Shown here: positions 48,459 to 58,307 of the stretch, in pieces
Numbering within the stretch: position 1 is the first letter of the stretch
Layout of the letters: every line of letters starts with the position of its first letter
DNA from: Candidatus Woesearchaeota archaeon
GTDB taxonomy: Archaea; Nanobdellota; Nanobdellia; Woesearchaeales; 0-14-0-80-44-23
Assembly: GCA_038874135.1 (NCBI GenBank)
Contig: JAVZCZ010000001.1
Coordinates: forward strand, 845,957-909,956
Length of the DNA stretch: 64,000 nucleotides
Direction: 5' to 3'
Made by a program: the position numbers and the translations under genes
Notes under the pieces: model-generated
What the model was told of the DNA's origin: nothing
What the model saw: only the letters and a program-made list of their open reading frames with translations
Database searches by the model: none

Positions 48459-49283
48459 TTAGAAATTAGATGTTCTCAGAAGTTTTAGTCCGTGCTTGTA
48501 ACAGAAATCTTCAGCCAACCTTGAAACTCTTTCCTTCTCGCTTCCCAAGCCCTTCCAGTCCAATATTATTGCTTCCGGCTTGGGAACTGATTTCTTAAAA
48601 GCCTCTTCTAACATCTCATAGTCTAAATGATTTAGCATATACTTTGGGCAGGCGTGAGATATGCCGTAGTCTGAGTTAAGAATTATCTTCTTAAAATTGG
48701 TGAGCGTGTGCAGTCCACCTATTCCTATGGCTGCTCTGCAGCTCGGAACATTCTCCCTTATTATGTGAGAGACTGTTTTAGCAATCACGCCGCCAGCTTC
48801 TTCATCCTGCCACCTTTTTTCATCAGAGCCGATTTCAATAAAGAAGTGCGGCTTTTCAACAAGTGGTCCATGGTGAGTACACTCCTGAACTATGTCATAT
48901 TCGGGATTTTGGTTTAAGCTGTTTATCAATTGCAGGGCTCTTTTTAGGTAGGCAGCATTTGCTACTGACAACCTTCTGGAAGCGCCTCCAAGCTCGGCAA
49001 CTCCCCAGTTTCCTGTTGCATGCACGCTCAGGCTTGGAATTCCTGAGCTACTCTTATGTTTGCTCATAAATATGAAGAAATCAGCTTTGATTTCCTCGCA
49101 GATTTGCTCCCTTCTCACCATCTCTGAGTTTAGAGTGTATACCTCAGCTTCTGCTCCTTTAAGCTTAAAATATGGGTTTCCATCAAAAGTGCCGCGCTCC
49201 TCAAATTTTTCTAACTCCAGAAGCCTGTTTCTTATGTTAATTCCGGCAGCATCCAATTCTGAGCAAACCAGTGCAAAGCGCAT
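48459..49283 (-). CDS. dtdA: D-aminoacyl-tRNA deacylase (archaeal DTD2 type)
   Basis: SKHKS, SVHATGN, ECTHHGP and FIEIGS motifs. Confidence 0.92.
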   Translation of the reverse strand: MRFALVCSELDAAGINIRNRLLELEKFEERGTFDGNPYFKLKGAEAEVYTLNSEMVRREQICEEIKADFFIFMSKHKSSSGIPSLSVHATGNWGVAELGGASRRLSVANAAYLKRALQLINSLNQNPEYDIVQECTHHGPLVEKPHFFIEIGSDEKRWQDEEAGGVIAKTVSHIIRENVPSCRAAIGIGGLHTLTNFKKIILNSDYGISHACPKYMLNHLDYEMLEEAFKKSVPKPEAIILDWKGLGSEKERVSRLAEDFCYKHGLKLLRTSNF

Positions 49284-49345
49284 TATCAGAGAAGTTAAAT
49301 AAGTGTAGTTAAAAACTTTTTCTAACTATTAGAAAACTATGTGAA

Positions 49346-49477
49346 TTATTCTATAACAGCCCCGCACTTCTTACAGTATATCTCCTTATCTTTTCTTACC
49401 AGCTCAGTACTTCCACATTCCGGACACTTCAAAACAGCTTCTCCGCTTACCCTCTGAAAAGACTGCTCATTAGACAT
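49346..49477 (-). CDS. TFIIB-type zinc-ribbon microprotein (43 aa)
   Basis: Not in the ORF track; MSNEQSFQRVSGEAVLKCPECGSTELVRKDKEIYCKKCGAVIE; TATA box ~25 nt upstream. Confidence 0.7.
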   Translation of the reverse strand: MSNEQSFQRVSGEAVLKCPECGSTELVRKDKEIYCKKCGAVIE

Positions 49478-49524
49478 GCTAACTTCAAAAACAAAGGGAT
49501 TTATAAAACTTTGGAAAATCCTAA

Positions 49525-49884
49525 TTAGAGAGGTCTGCCATTTCTGAGCTGATTCTCTTCTTTCTCAATAATACTCATATTTGCTTCAGCCAGCTGAATG
49601 AGATTTTGATAGACAAATGGAACTGGCCAGTATGCGGCATAGAGCACTGCTTTTGTTCCTAGAAGAAGTGCTCCCCATCCAGTTGCGCTTGCCAAATGGC
49701 TGAATCCCTTTACAAATGAGCTCTGATTAAGGTCGGGGTTTTGGTAGTAGGCGCTTATCTCATTCATAGCAGCTTCCAGGTTACTCTTAAAGTTTTTATC
49801 TATTCTCAGAATTCCAAGTGTCAAAATCTCAGCAGTTTCCATTACCGAATGTTCTAAATCCTTATGCTCGTTTCCCCACTTCAT
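49525..49884 (-). CDS. Hypothetical protein
   Basis: 119-aa ORF, GGTGAGG RBS, one hydrophobic segment. Confidence 0.6.
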   Translation of the reverse strand: MKWGNEHKDLEHSVMETAEILTLGILRIDKNFKSNLEAAMNEISAYYQNPDLNQSSFVKGFSHLASATGWGALLLGTKAVLYAAYWPVPFVYQNLIQLAEANMSIIEKEENQLRNGRPL

Positions 49885-50009
49885 AAAACCTCACCAGATA
49901 TAATTACTTAAAAGTAATAACTACTATTTAAATGTTTGCTATCTATCAAAAATAATGTTTAAATATAACCGTTTAAGCACATTTAAGCGAATAGAAGGTA
50001 GATCGCAAA

Positions 50010-51212
50010 GTGCAGCAGGAACAAGAAGACAAAAACTTGTCTGAAAAAAAAGTTAAACGAGACTTGGCAATCTTTTCACTATCTTCCTTTCTTAACGATT
50101 TAGGAGCGGAAATGATCTATCCCATCTGGCCTTTATTTCTCACTGCAGTTTTAGGAGCAAATATGACCATTCTTGGACTTATTGACGGAATTAGCAACTC
50201 AATAGTTTCAATATCTCAAGCAGCTTCTGGATACCTCTCTGACAGGATAAAAAAGAGAAAAATCTTCATCTGGACAGGTTACCTGTGCGGTTTCATATCG
50301 CGTGTTGGCTACGCATTTGCTAAATCCTGGCAGGTGATAATCCCTTTGAGGATCCTGGACAGGGCTGGCAAGATAAGGGATGCTCCGAGAGATGCAATAA
50401 TTGCAGATGAGGCAAAAAAGCATGAAAGGGGAGGGCACTTCGGCATTCTGAAGATGATGGACGCTCTGGGCGGAGTGTTCGGAATAATTGCCTGTATCAT
50501 TCTCTTTAAGTATCTCGGATATAAGAATCTCTTCCTACTTGCAGCAGTTCCATCCCTAATCTCAGTGCTTCTCGTGCTCTTATTCATTAAAGAAGGAGAG
50601 CACTCTAAGAATGGTAAAAAGTCCGAATGGCTCTCTTTCAGAGAGATGAGCCGCGACTTGAAGATGTTTCTGGGAATATCAGCACTATTTGCACTCGCTT
50701 CATTTAGCTACTCATTCCTGTTAGTGTATGCTCAAAGGTTCGGATTTAGCCAAGCCCAGATTCCAGTTCTTTACCTAATCTTTGTGCTCGTGGCTTCAAT
50801 CTTCTCAATACCATTTGGAAGACTGGCTGATAGGATTGGAAGAAAGCCCGTGCTAATGATTTCATTCCTGCTTTGGGGCATAGTGTGCTGGATATTCTTA
50901 GTGTTAAAAAATTATCCTTCAGCAATAATCCTAAGCTTCATAATTTACGGAATGCATAGGGGTGCCATAGAGCCAGTGCAACGCACCTTCATCTCAGAAC
51001 TCTCACCAGCTGAAAAAAGAGCTAGCAGCCTGGGACTTTTACAGCTAACAGTTGGAATGTGCGCCCTTCCCTCTTCACTCCTGACAGGCCTGCTTTGGGA
51101 CAGGGTTGGAATGTTCTTTCCCCTGACAATATCTCTGGGCATTACAATAGGAGCAATCCTGCTTTTGACATATGTTAAAGAAACAGAATCACAGCTTCCT
51201 GTAAAAGCTTAG
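50010..51212 (+). CDS. MFS transporter
   Basis: ~12 TM; GYLSDRIKKRK and GRLADRIGRK motif A. Confidence 0.93.
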   Translation: MQQEQEDKNLSEKKVKRDLAIFSLSSFLNDLGAEMIYPIWPLFLTAVLGANMTILGLIDGISNSIVSISQAASGYLSDRIKKRKIFIWTGYLCGFISRVGYAFAKSWQVIIPLRILDRAGKIRDAPRDAIIADEAKKHERGGHFGILKMMDALGGVFGIIACIILFKYLGYKNLFLLAAVPSLISVLLVLLFIKEGEHSKNGKKSEWLSFREMSRDLKMFLGISALFALASFSYSFLLVYAQRFGFSQAQIPVLYLIFVLVASIFSIPFGRLADRIGRKPVLMISFLLWGIVCWIFLVLKNYPSAIILSFIIYGMHRGAIEPVQRTFISELSPAEKRASSLGLLQLTVGMCALPSSLLTGLLWDRVGMFFPLTISLGITIGAILLLTYVKETESQLPVKA

Positions 51213-51926
51213 AAATCCGGAGTGCCCAATCTGCTGGCTTTTAGGCCTCACCTTTCTACCATCCAATTCCCACTCTCTCTCAATAATCTCAATAGTTTTT
51301 AGGTGTATGAATGAGTTACTCTTTTTAACCGCTTCTTCCATATCAATTATCTGAGGAATTGTAGGGCTATATGAGACCAGGATGCCGCCGTGTTTTAAGG
51401 CTTTTTCAGCAGCTTTTATCGCGAGCCACGGTTCGGGCAGGTCTAATGTTATCAAGTCCACATCCTTCTCGTCAATCCCTTCATAGATGTTTTTCTGTTT
51501 TATTTCAAGGTTATCTAAGCCTAACGCTTTTGCATTTTCAGAAGCTATTTTGAAGAAGTCCTCTCTCAATTCGTAACTTACAACTTTTCCAGCATGCCTT
51601 GCCAAAAAGCAGGCGAGCATTCCAGAGCCAGCTCCAGCATCTACTACCAGGGACTCCCTACCTATGCCTGTCTCAGCAATTATGGCAGCCATGTCTTTCA
51701 GCGGAATTGCTTGCGGGCCTCGCCGTATCTTTGCCAGCTGTTCTGTGAATGTGGGGCTGACTACTACCATCTTTACTCCTGTGTTTGTTTTTATTTCTGA
51801 GCCATCTGGAAGCGCCAGCATTTCCTTCTTCACTACGCCGTACTGGCAGTGATAATCCTGATCAACATTCCTCAAATAGAACATCTTTCCGCTTTCAGAA
51901 ATGAGCACCTTAACTATTTTATTCAT
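51189..51926 (-). CDS. trmI: tRNA (adenine-57/58 N1)-methyltransferase
   Basis: RGPQ, DAGAGSG, LDLPEPW and IGHSGF motifs. Confidence 0.93.
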   Translation of the reverse strand: MNKIVKVLISESGKMFYLRNVDQDYHCQYGVVKKEMLALPDGSEIKTNTGVKMVVVSPTFTEQLAKIRRGPQAIPLKDMAAIIAETGIGRESLVVDAGAGSGMLACFLARHAGKVVSYELREDFFKIASENAKALGLDNLEIKQKNIYEGIDEKDVDLITLDLPEPWLAIKAAEKALKHGGILVSYSPTIPQIIDMEEAVKKSNSFIHLKTIEIIEREWELDGRKVRPKSQQIGHSGFLSFYRKL

Positions 51927-52038
51927 GCCGACAGATATTTCTGTGCAGTATAAAAAACTTTTTCAAAAATAATTAGTTACTTTATAGTGGTTAAAAATGA
52001 AAAGGTTTATATATTGATCCTTCCATCACGCTAGCACC

Positions 52039-52884
52039 ATGGATAATTATCTGCTGTCCAACTCACAAATTAGAAATTTTATGGAAAGAATGGAGAATAT
52101 TAACTTAATTGAAGAGGCTCTGGCAGAACTATACACTGAATACATCCCATTGAAAGAGGATTTTGAAAAAAAACGAATAAGACATTCTCCCATTAGACAT
52201 AAGTCCCTTGAAGACCTCATAAGCATAACGCACACAGCAATAGAGGAAACCTCTAACTTTTTAGATGTGCACCCATACGAGAAGCCGAACATAAAAATTG
52301 TTAATAAGAATCCAATTCTAAGACTGATAAGTCACATTTCAACTTACCAAACCTTAGGTCAATATGATGAAATTAGTAAAACTATAGATTTAGTGGTTTT
52401 GGATTCAATTGAGTCTTTCTTCTTAGTGGCTTGTCACGAATATACGCACTTCCTCCAGCACATCACCTTAAAAACAAACTTTGAGAGTGAGAACAGTGAC
52501 AAATTCTTATATCTGCTAGAAGGCCATGCTGTTGGAGTTGAAAACTCTGTAGGAAAACAATTCTCTGAAAAAACAAACAATCCAGCATTAAGGTATTTCT
52601 CCTTAGATAATGAAATAACATCTCTGAAAAAAGTATATCTCTACTACTCAATCATCTTAGATTTTCCGGTTAAGGATTCACTTCTAATGGACCCTTCAGG
52701 TAATTTCAGAAGAAGGTTCTATGATGACTTAAATGAGGGCGAGCCTATGGATGAATACACTCTGGGAAGCGTATACTTCAAAATACTAGAAAAAAAAGAA
52801 GGTCCAGCAGTGTATAAAAAGATATTACAGACATTTATGAAAGTTAACTCTGAAATTTATGAGAATGAACTAAGTAAAATATAA
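52039..52884 (+). CDS. Zincin-like metallopeptidase-domain protein
   Basis: HEYTH with downstream LLEGHA. Confidence 0.65.
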   Translation: MDNYLLSNSQIRNFMERMENINLIEEALAELYTEYIPLKEDFEKKRIRHSPIRHKSLEDLISITHTAIEETSNFLDVHPYEKPNIKIVNKNPILRLISHISTYQTLGQYDEISKTIDLVVLDSIESFFLVACHEYTHFLQHITLKTNFESENSDKFLYLLEGHAVGVENSVGKQFSEKTNNPALRYFSLDNEITSLKKVYLYYSIILDFPVKDSLLMDPSGNFRRRFYDDLNEGEPMDEYTLGSVYFKILEKKEGPAVYKKILQTFMKVNSEIYENELSKI

Positions 52885-52910
52885 AAATTCAATTTGCCTT
52901 ACCAGCTTTT

Positions 52911-53279
52911 ATGCCGCTGCGATTTGTAGTTCAGGAGCACCACGCTTCGCACCTTCACTGGGATTTTCGCCTTGAACTTGACGGCGTGCTTAAAAGCTGG
53001 GCAGTTCCAAAAGAGCCGCCCACCAAACCTGGAATAAAAAGACTCGCAGTTGAAGTTGAGGACCACGACATTTCCTATATAGACTTTGAAGGCACAATTC
53101 CTGAAGGAAGCTACGGAGCAGGCACAGTCAAAATATGGGACAGCGGCACCTTTAAACTTGAAAGCAGAAGACCTGAAAAGATAGTTTTCAAACTAGATGG
53201 AAAAAAGATGAAGGGTGAATATGTTCTGTTAAAATTTTCCAAAGCAGGAGAAAAAAACTGGCTGCTATTCAAAAAATAG
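52911..53279 (+). CDS. Stand-alone LigD-type 3'-phosphoesterase (PE) domain
   Basis: FVVQEHHASHLHWDFRLE, SWAVPK, RLAVEVEDH and YGAGTVKIWD motifs. Confidence 0.92.
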   Translation: MPLRFVVQEHHASHLHWDFRLELDGVLKSWAVPKEPPTKPGIKRLAVEVEDHDISYIDFEGTIPEGSYGAGTVKIWDSGTFKLESRRPEKIVFKLDGKKMKGEYVLLKFSKAGEKNWLLFKK

Positions 53280-53366
53280 TCATTTGAAAGTTACTAATTT
53301 ATGAGAAGTGCCCAAGTTAAGCACAACTTTTTTTATACTTTACATTCTTTAGTATCCTAAGGGGGG

Positions 53367-56300
53367 GTGCTCTCAATGAAACCGAGACATTTTCTGTACA
53401 TCTTATTAGCTATTTTCCTATTCTTAGGATTTAAAACTGCAAGTGCAGCATCTTGTGCTATGATGGGACAATATAAGCTATGCACTGAGAAGTATGATTA
53501 CAGCCCTACTCAGACAGTTCAGATAAACGGATCAGGATTTACTCCGGCAGAAACATACCTGGTAAAGGTAACTAGGCCTGATTCAAGCGTAGTTACTGGA
53601 GACGGAAGCATGCAACCCTGGCCAACCAGCTATGACTATGTGACAGCAAATTCTGAAGGAAAGTTCCAGTTCCAGTACATCTTAAGCGGGAGGATAGGTG
53701 AGTACTTAATTCAAGTTCTCAACTCAGAAGGAATAGTTGTAGTAATTCACTCGTTCGTCACCAACCCGCCTTTACAATGCCCAACCAGAGTGTTTCCAAC
53801 TCAGTCAGTGCAGTGCGTGGCTAACTATATTGGAGAAAATGATAGGCCCGCGCACATAATCTGGTATGACAGGAACAATGTTCAGAAGTTTTCAGGCCCT
53901 TGTAATTCGGAATACTGCAGTGCTTATCATTCTCAGCTTACAACTCTCGGATTATGGACTGTTCAACTTGTAAGAGACTCAGACAATCTCGTATTGGCGA
54001 ATACTACAATCTTAGTAGTGCCCTATCAAAACTATGTTTACCTGTACTCAGACCCTCAGAGGACAGTTGATGCATACACATTCAATCCTGGCGCAACAGT
54101 TTATGCCAAAGTGTCCTCATCCTCAGCTGAGCCTACACTATACCCTACAAGAATAGTGTGGCTCAATTCTCAGGGAGCAGTTGTTAAAACTTCAAAGTAC
54201 TGCACTTATAGCAGCGGACAATTTTTGGACAGCTATACTCTCACAGGAGCAACTCCGGGAACTTGGAAGGTATTGAGAAAGAGATATTATGACTGTGATT
54301 ACTGCGGTATTGGCATGTGTTTCCACTACAGCGCCACAGCAAATTGTGATTTAGATACGAACTGTTACTATGGCTATTATACTGATTTCACAGTTAAAAA
54401 TCCTCAAGTTTGCGGCAATGGCATAGTTGAGGGCTCAGAACAGTGCGATGGTGGAATCTGCTGTAACAACGATTGCACTTTCAAATCTTCTAACACCATG
54501 TGCAGACCCTCTGCTGGAATCTGCGATGTTGCAGAGTACTGCACTGGAAGCAGCGCCTCATGCCCTGCTGATATAAAATCTACTGGAGCTTGCAGGCAAG
54601 CAGTTAATGATTGTGACATTGAAGAATACTGCGATGGGGTGAGCGATGCGTGCCCAGCAGATTCATTCCAGCCTGCTGGAACACCCTGTGAGGATGGGCT
54701 GTACTGCACAGTTGAGGATGTTTGCGACGGCTCAGGAACCTGCTCTGCAGGGGCTCCTCGGGACTGCTCAGCAAATGACATTTCAGAGATTGCCTCATGC
54801 ACCAACGAACCAGATGGAAAACCATTCACTTGGGATTATAGGGCTTCATTTACAAGTGTTTGCGATGAAGCTATGGACGAATGCACTTCTAGCAATCCTG
54901 CAATGAGTCACACCTGTAACAAGGTGGAGTGCAATGCCGAGTGCGAGCAGGACAGCGACTGTAACAATGTGCATATGAGCGGGGACTACTGCAACTATGC
55001 TGGACGCTGTGATACTGAAAATTCCTGCGCATGCGCATACACTGAAGAGTACTGCCCGGAACCTGGAACTATAAGCTCTGGAACATGCTACTACGGAATT
55101 AGGTCTTGCACTGAAAACGGTTGCACTCTATTGAAAAAGGAGATGGGCTCCTATAAGGTTTGTGATAAGAACTTAGGACCAATGGATACGACCCCACCGA
55201 TAATTACAAGGTTAATAAGAGGAACTCTGGGCAGTAACGGCTGGTATGTCTCAGATGTCAAGGTTGAATGGACCGTTACAGATGAGGAATCTCCAGTAGT
55301 AATAGATTATGGATGCCGCGTTCAGCTCTTCAATCTGGAAACAGCTGGAACCACTTCACTTTGTATTGCTCACAGCGAAGGTGGCGTTTCAAGCGATTCA
55401 TTAGGTTTAAAGATTGATAAAACAGGTCCATCAGCACTGCTCTCAGTAACTTCCGGAAACCTCGGTTCTAACGGCTGGTATGTTAGCGATGTTACAATCT
55501 CAACATCTGGTGAGGATGATGTTAGCAGTCCTGTAATCTGCACTCCAGAGCAGCATCTCAGCACGGATAGCGCGGGCACTACCTTCCACGGCAAGTGTGT
55601 AAATGATGCAGGACTTGAGACAGAAGCGGAGCCGTTAACAATAAAGCTGGACAAGACAAATCCTGAAACAACTCTTACAATAGGAGAACCAAAACTGACA
55701 ATAAGTCCAGTTTATGTATCTGCATCCACAGAGTTTTCACTCTCAGCATCTGACGCCACGTCAGGAGTTTATAAAACATATTACTGGTGGGATAACAATG
55801 CAGAGACAGAATATACAGGTAAAATAACCGCTCCAGGCTTGGGAGAACACACACTGCACTACTACTCAGTTGACTATGCTGGAAACATTGAACCAGCCAA
55901 AGCTGAAGATGTGATTGTTGGAGCAACTCGCCTAGTGCTTTTTGCACAGCCCGAAGTTCACTACTCTGACATGTTAGAAATCTCAGCTGAGTTAATTGAG
56001 AAAGCATCTAGTAATCCAATACCGGGAATGAGAGTAAGGTTCATTGTTGGAAATAATTCATATGAGGGGACAACTGACGAGCACGGAATTGCACATGCTT
56101 CAATAAAGATTGAACAGCCAGCTGGGGAATACACCATTGAAGCATACTTTGATGGGGAAGAGGAAAAATACCTTCAGAGTTACAGCTCTCTCAACTTTAG
56201 AGTAATACGGGAAAATACAGCTATAGAATATACTGGCATGACTTTCACTTCAACAGCAGGCCCAACAATAACCAAAGCTCCAGTACTCCTTTCAGCGCAT

Positions 56301-57008
56301 CTAATTCAAGAGAATGATGGCTTCCCCGGCGAGCTGCACCTAGCACAGGTAAACTTCGTGCTTGAACCAATAAGCGGCGGACCAACTATAACAGTACCGA
56401 ATGTTCAGGTCAGCCCTTCAGGAGATGCATACGCAGTTGAAAATATTCCTTACGGAAACTATAAGATAAGTGTTGAGATAACACCTGGAAACACCTACTG
56501 GGATGAAAACCCTGCTGCACTCAGCTCCTTGACAGTTGACCTGGGAAGTAATGAGCAGAGAGTCACAGGAGGCGGCTGGCTTCCTGACAGTGCTAGCTCA
56601 AATGGAAAGGATAACTTTGGCTTCACAGTTTACTACAATAAAAGAGGAGCTCCCAAGGGTAACCTTCTCTTTGTTTTCAGAGGAAGCGACGGCTATAATT
56701 ATGTTCTGAAGAGCAACAGCTGGGCTAAGGGAGGGCTTTCATTCACATCTGAGAACTCTGCAATGTTTACTGCAAAGGCCACACTGAGTAAGATTAATCC
56801 TGAAACTGGAGAAGTGCTCTGGTCTGACGGAAGCTACTCCTTTGTTGTGAATGTGCAGGACATGGACTATGCAGCGAGCAGCTCAAAAAATCGCGACACC
56901 CTTGCAATAACAATATTTGATTCTAACGGAGCAGTTTGGAAGCAGCTGGGCACACCGAGCAGTCAGATAGCAATTGGGGGAGGAAACATAGCAGTGCATA
57001 GCAAGTAA
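53367..57008 (+). CDS. Large secreted Cys-rich surface protein with disintegrin-like and Ig-like repeats (start likely ATG 53376)
   Basis: Signal peptide; CGNGIVEGSEQCD...CRPSAGICDVAEYCTGSSASCP repeats; two GSNGWYVSDV repeats; C-terminal TGGGW domain. Confidence 0.8.
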   Translation: MLSMKPRHFLYILLAIFLFLGFKTASAASCAMMGQYKLCTEKYDYSPTQTVQINGSGFTPAETYLVKVTRPDSSVVTGDGSMQPWPTSYDYVTANSEGKFQFQYILSGRIGEYLIQVLNSEGIVVVIHSFVTNPPLQCPTRVFPTQSVQCVANYIGENDRPAHIIWYDRNNVQKFSGPCNSEYCSAYHSQLTTLGLWTVQLVRDSDNLVLANTTILVVPYQNYVYLYSDPQRTVDAYTFNPGATVYAKVSSSSAEPTLYPTRIVWLNSQGAVVKTSKYCTYSSGQFLDSYTLTGATPGTWKVLRKRYYDCDYCGIGMCFHYSATANCDLDTNCYYGYYTDFTVKNPQVCGNGIVEGSEQCDGGICCNNDCTFKSSNTMCRPSAGICDVAEYCTGSSASCPADIKSTGACRQAVNDCDIEEYCDGVSDACPADSFQPAGTPCEDGLYCTVEDVCDGSGTCSAGAPRDCSANDISEIASCTNEPDGKPFTWDYRASFTSVCDEAMDECTSSNPAMSHTCNKVECNAECEQDSDCNNVHMSGDYCNYAGRCDTENSCACAYTEEYCPEPGTISSGTCYYGIRSCTENGCTLLKKEMGSYKVCDKNLGPMDTTPPIITRLIRGTLGSNGWYVSDVKVEWTVTDEESPVVIDYGCRVQLFNLETAGTTSLCIAHSEGGVSSDSLGLKIDKTGPSALLSVTSGNLGSNGWYVSDVTISTSGEDDVSSPVICTPEQHLSTDSAGTTFHGKCVNDAGLETEAEPLTIKLDKTNPETTLTIGEPKLTISPVYVSASTEFSLSASDATSGVYKTYYWWDNNAETEYTGKITAPGLGEHTLHYYSVDYAGNIEPAKAEDVIVGATRLVLFAQPEVHYSDMLEISAELIEKASSNPIPGMRVRFIVGNNSYEGTTDEHGIAHASIKIEQPAGEYTIEAYFDGEEEKYLQSYSSLNFRVIRENTAIEYTGMTFTSTAGPTITKAPVLLSAHLIQENDGFPGELHLAQVNFVLEPISGGPTITVPNVQVSPSGDAYAVENIPYGNYKISVEITPGNTYWDENPAALSSLTVDLGSNEQRVTGGGWLPDSASSNGKDNFGFTVYYNKRGAPKGNLLFVFRGSDGYNYVLKSNSWAKGGLSFTSENSAMFTAKATLSKINPETGEVLWSDGSYSFVVNVQDMDYAASSSKNRDTLAITIFDSNGAVWKQLGTPSSQIAIGGGNIAVHSK

Positions 57009-57067
57009 TCTTTTTTATTCTTTCAAACTTTTTCTTTAATTTTTGGAGAATTATGAAAATTGAAAAA

Positions 57068-57140
57068 AGCGAGGGGAGGGACTTGAACCCCCGAATAACC
57101 GCTCTGCAGGCGGTCGCCTTAGCCGCTTGGCTACCCCCGC
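57068..57140 (-). tRNA. tRNA-Cys(GCA)
   Basis: GCGGGGG acceptor, ACCGC-CTGCAGA-GCGGT anticodon arm, GGTTCAAGTCC T-arm, U discriminator. Confidence 0.93.
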
Positions 57141-57205
57141 GCACATCTTAAAAAATCAGCATTTGTTTATAAAATTTTTCTTATAGCCCTTTTTCTTATA
57201 ATTAA

Positions 57206-57280
57206 TGAGCCCAGGGGGATTTGAACCCCCGATCTACAGCTTAGAAGGCTGTCGCCTTATCCAGACTAGGCAATGGGCCC
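57206..57280 (-). tRNA. tRNA-Arg(TCT)
   Basis: GGGCCCA/TGGGCTC acceptor, ACAGC-CTTCTAA-GCTGT anticodon arm, GGTTCAAATCC T-arm. Confidence 0.93.
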
Positions 57281-57381
57281 ATGTTTTCTAAGTTGCCCAT
57301 TATGATTTTAAAAGCTTTTCTCTGAATTCCTGTTTGAATCGCTTACAAAACTTTTTATAATACCCTTTATTTAATAAAATT

Positions 57382-58305
57382 TTGATGCTAATAGTTTCAA
57401 AGCATAAGAACAGAATTTTTTCACTTCCCGCATCTGAGCTCAGCCCTGCTGAGGCAAAACACATCTCCTCTCAGCTCGCTCTGAAGATTATCAAACTTAT
57501 TTCTGAAAAGCCGTCCTACCCGCTGGAAATTGCACGCGCATTGAGAGTTAATGAGCAGAAGGTTTATTACCACATAAGAAATCTGGAGAGGGCTGGAATA
57601 ATCTCCGTTCATTCAAGTGAAGTGTTTAAGGGAGCGATGGCTAAGTATTACTCACTCAGCAAGCCAGCTTTCGTGCTGAGGTTTTCAGAGATGAGGGAAA
57701 CCAGCAAGCTTTTCCACCTTGAAGGTGAGAGCAGCTTTCTGGCTCCTTTCATAAAGGACGGACAGCTGGACGCCAACTTCATACTCGGAAGCCCAGACCC
57801 GCACGGCCCCGAGGGAGCCCGCTCAAGAGACGATTACTACGCTGTGGATTTCGCACTATTCCTGGGAACATTTCTCAACTATGTCCCTTCGCTAACAGTA
57901 AAGCTGGATACTGAGGTCAGGCGTGAAGACCTGAACTCAAACCTAATTCTTATAGGCGGGCCTGTAACCAATAAGATTGTGGAAAAGATAAATCCGAAGC
58001 TGCCTGTGCGCTTTGAAAAGGCGGATGCTTGGCACATATATTCCTCACTCTCAAACAAGCGATATTTTAGTGATGAGGCGGGCTTGATAGTTAAGGCGTC
58101 AAACCCTTTCAGCCAGGGTAAGAGCATCCTGCTCCTGGCAGGCAGGAGGTATCCCGGCACTAGGGCTTCTGTGATTGCATTTCTTAAGAAGTTTTCTGAG
58201 GTTCAGAAGGGAAATTCTAAGAATTGCAGGATTCAGGCGAGGATTGTTCAGGGCATAGACAGGAATTCTGACGGGATAGTGGATGATGTTGAGTTTTTAG
58301 AATAA
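57382..58305 (+). CDS. ArsR-type HTH regulator with alpha/beta C-terminal domain
   Basis: SYPLEIARALRVNEQKVYYHIRNLERAG; NLILIGGPVTN. Confidence 0.8.
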   Translation: MMLIVSKHKNRIFSLPASELSPAEAKHISSQLALKIIKLISEKPSYPLEIARALRVNEQKVYYHIRNLERAGIISVHSSEVFKGAMAKYYSLSKPAFVLRFSEMRETSKLFHLEGESSFLAPFIKDGQLDANFILGSPDPHGPEGARSRDDYYAVDFALFLGTFLNYVPSLTVKLDTEVRREDLNSNLILIGGPVTNKIVEKINPKLPVRFEKADAWHIYSSLSNKRYFSDEAGLIVKASNPFSQGKSILLLAGRRYPGTRASVIAFLKKFSEVQKGNSKNCRIQARIVQGIDRNSDGIVDDVEFLE

Positions 58306-58307
58306 GG

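Noticed and set aside
52039-57008. Split ADAM (metalloprotease plus disintegrin) system
   Set aside because: The HExxH protein lacks a signal peptide and the extended HExxHxxGxxH motif, and an unrelated gene lies between them.
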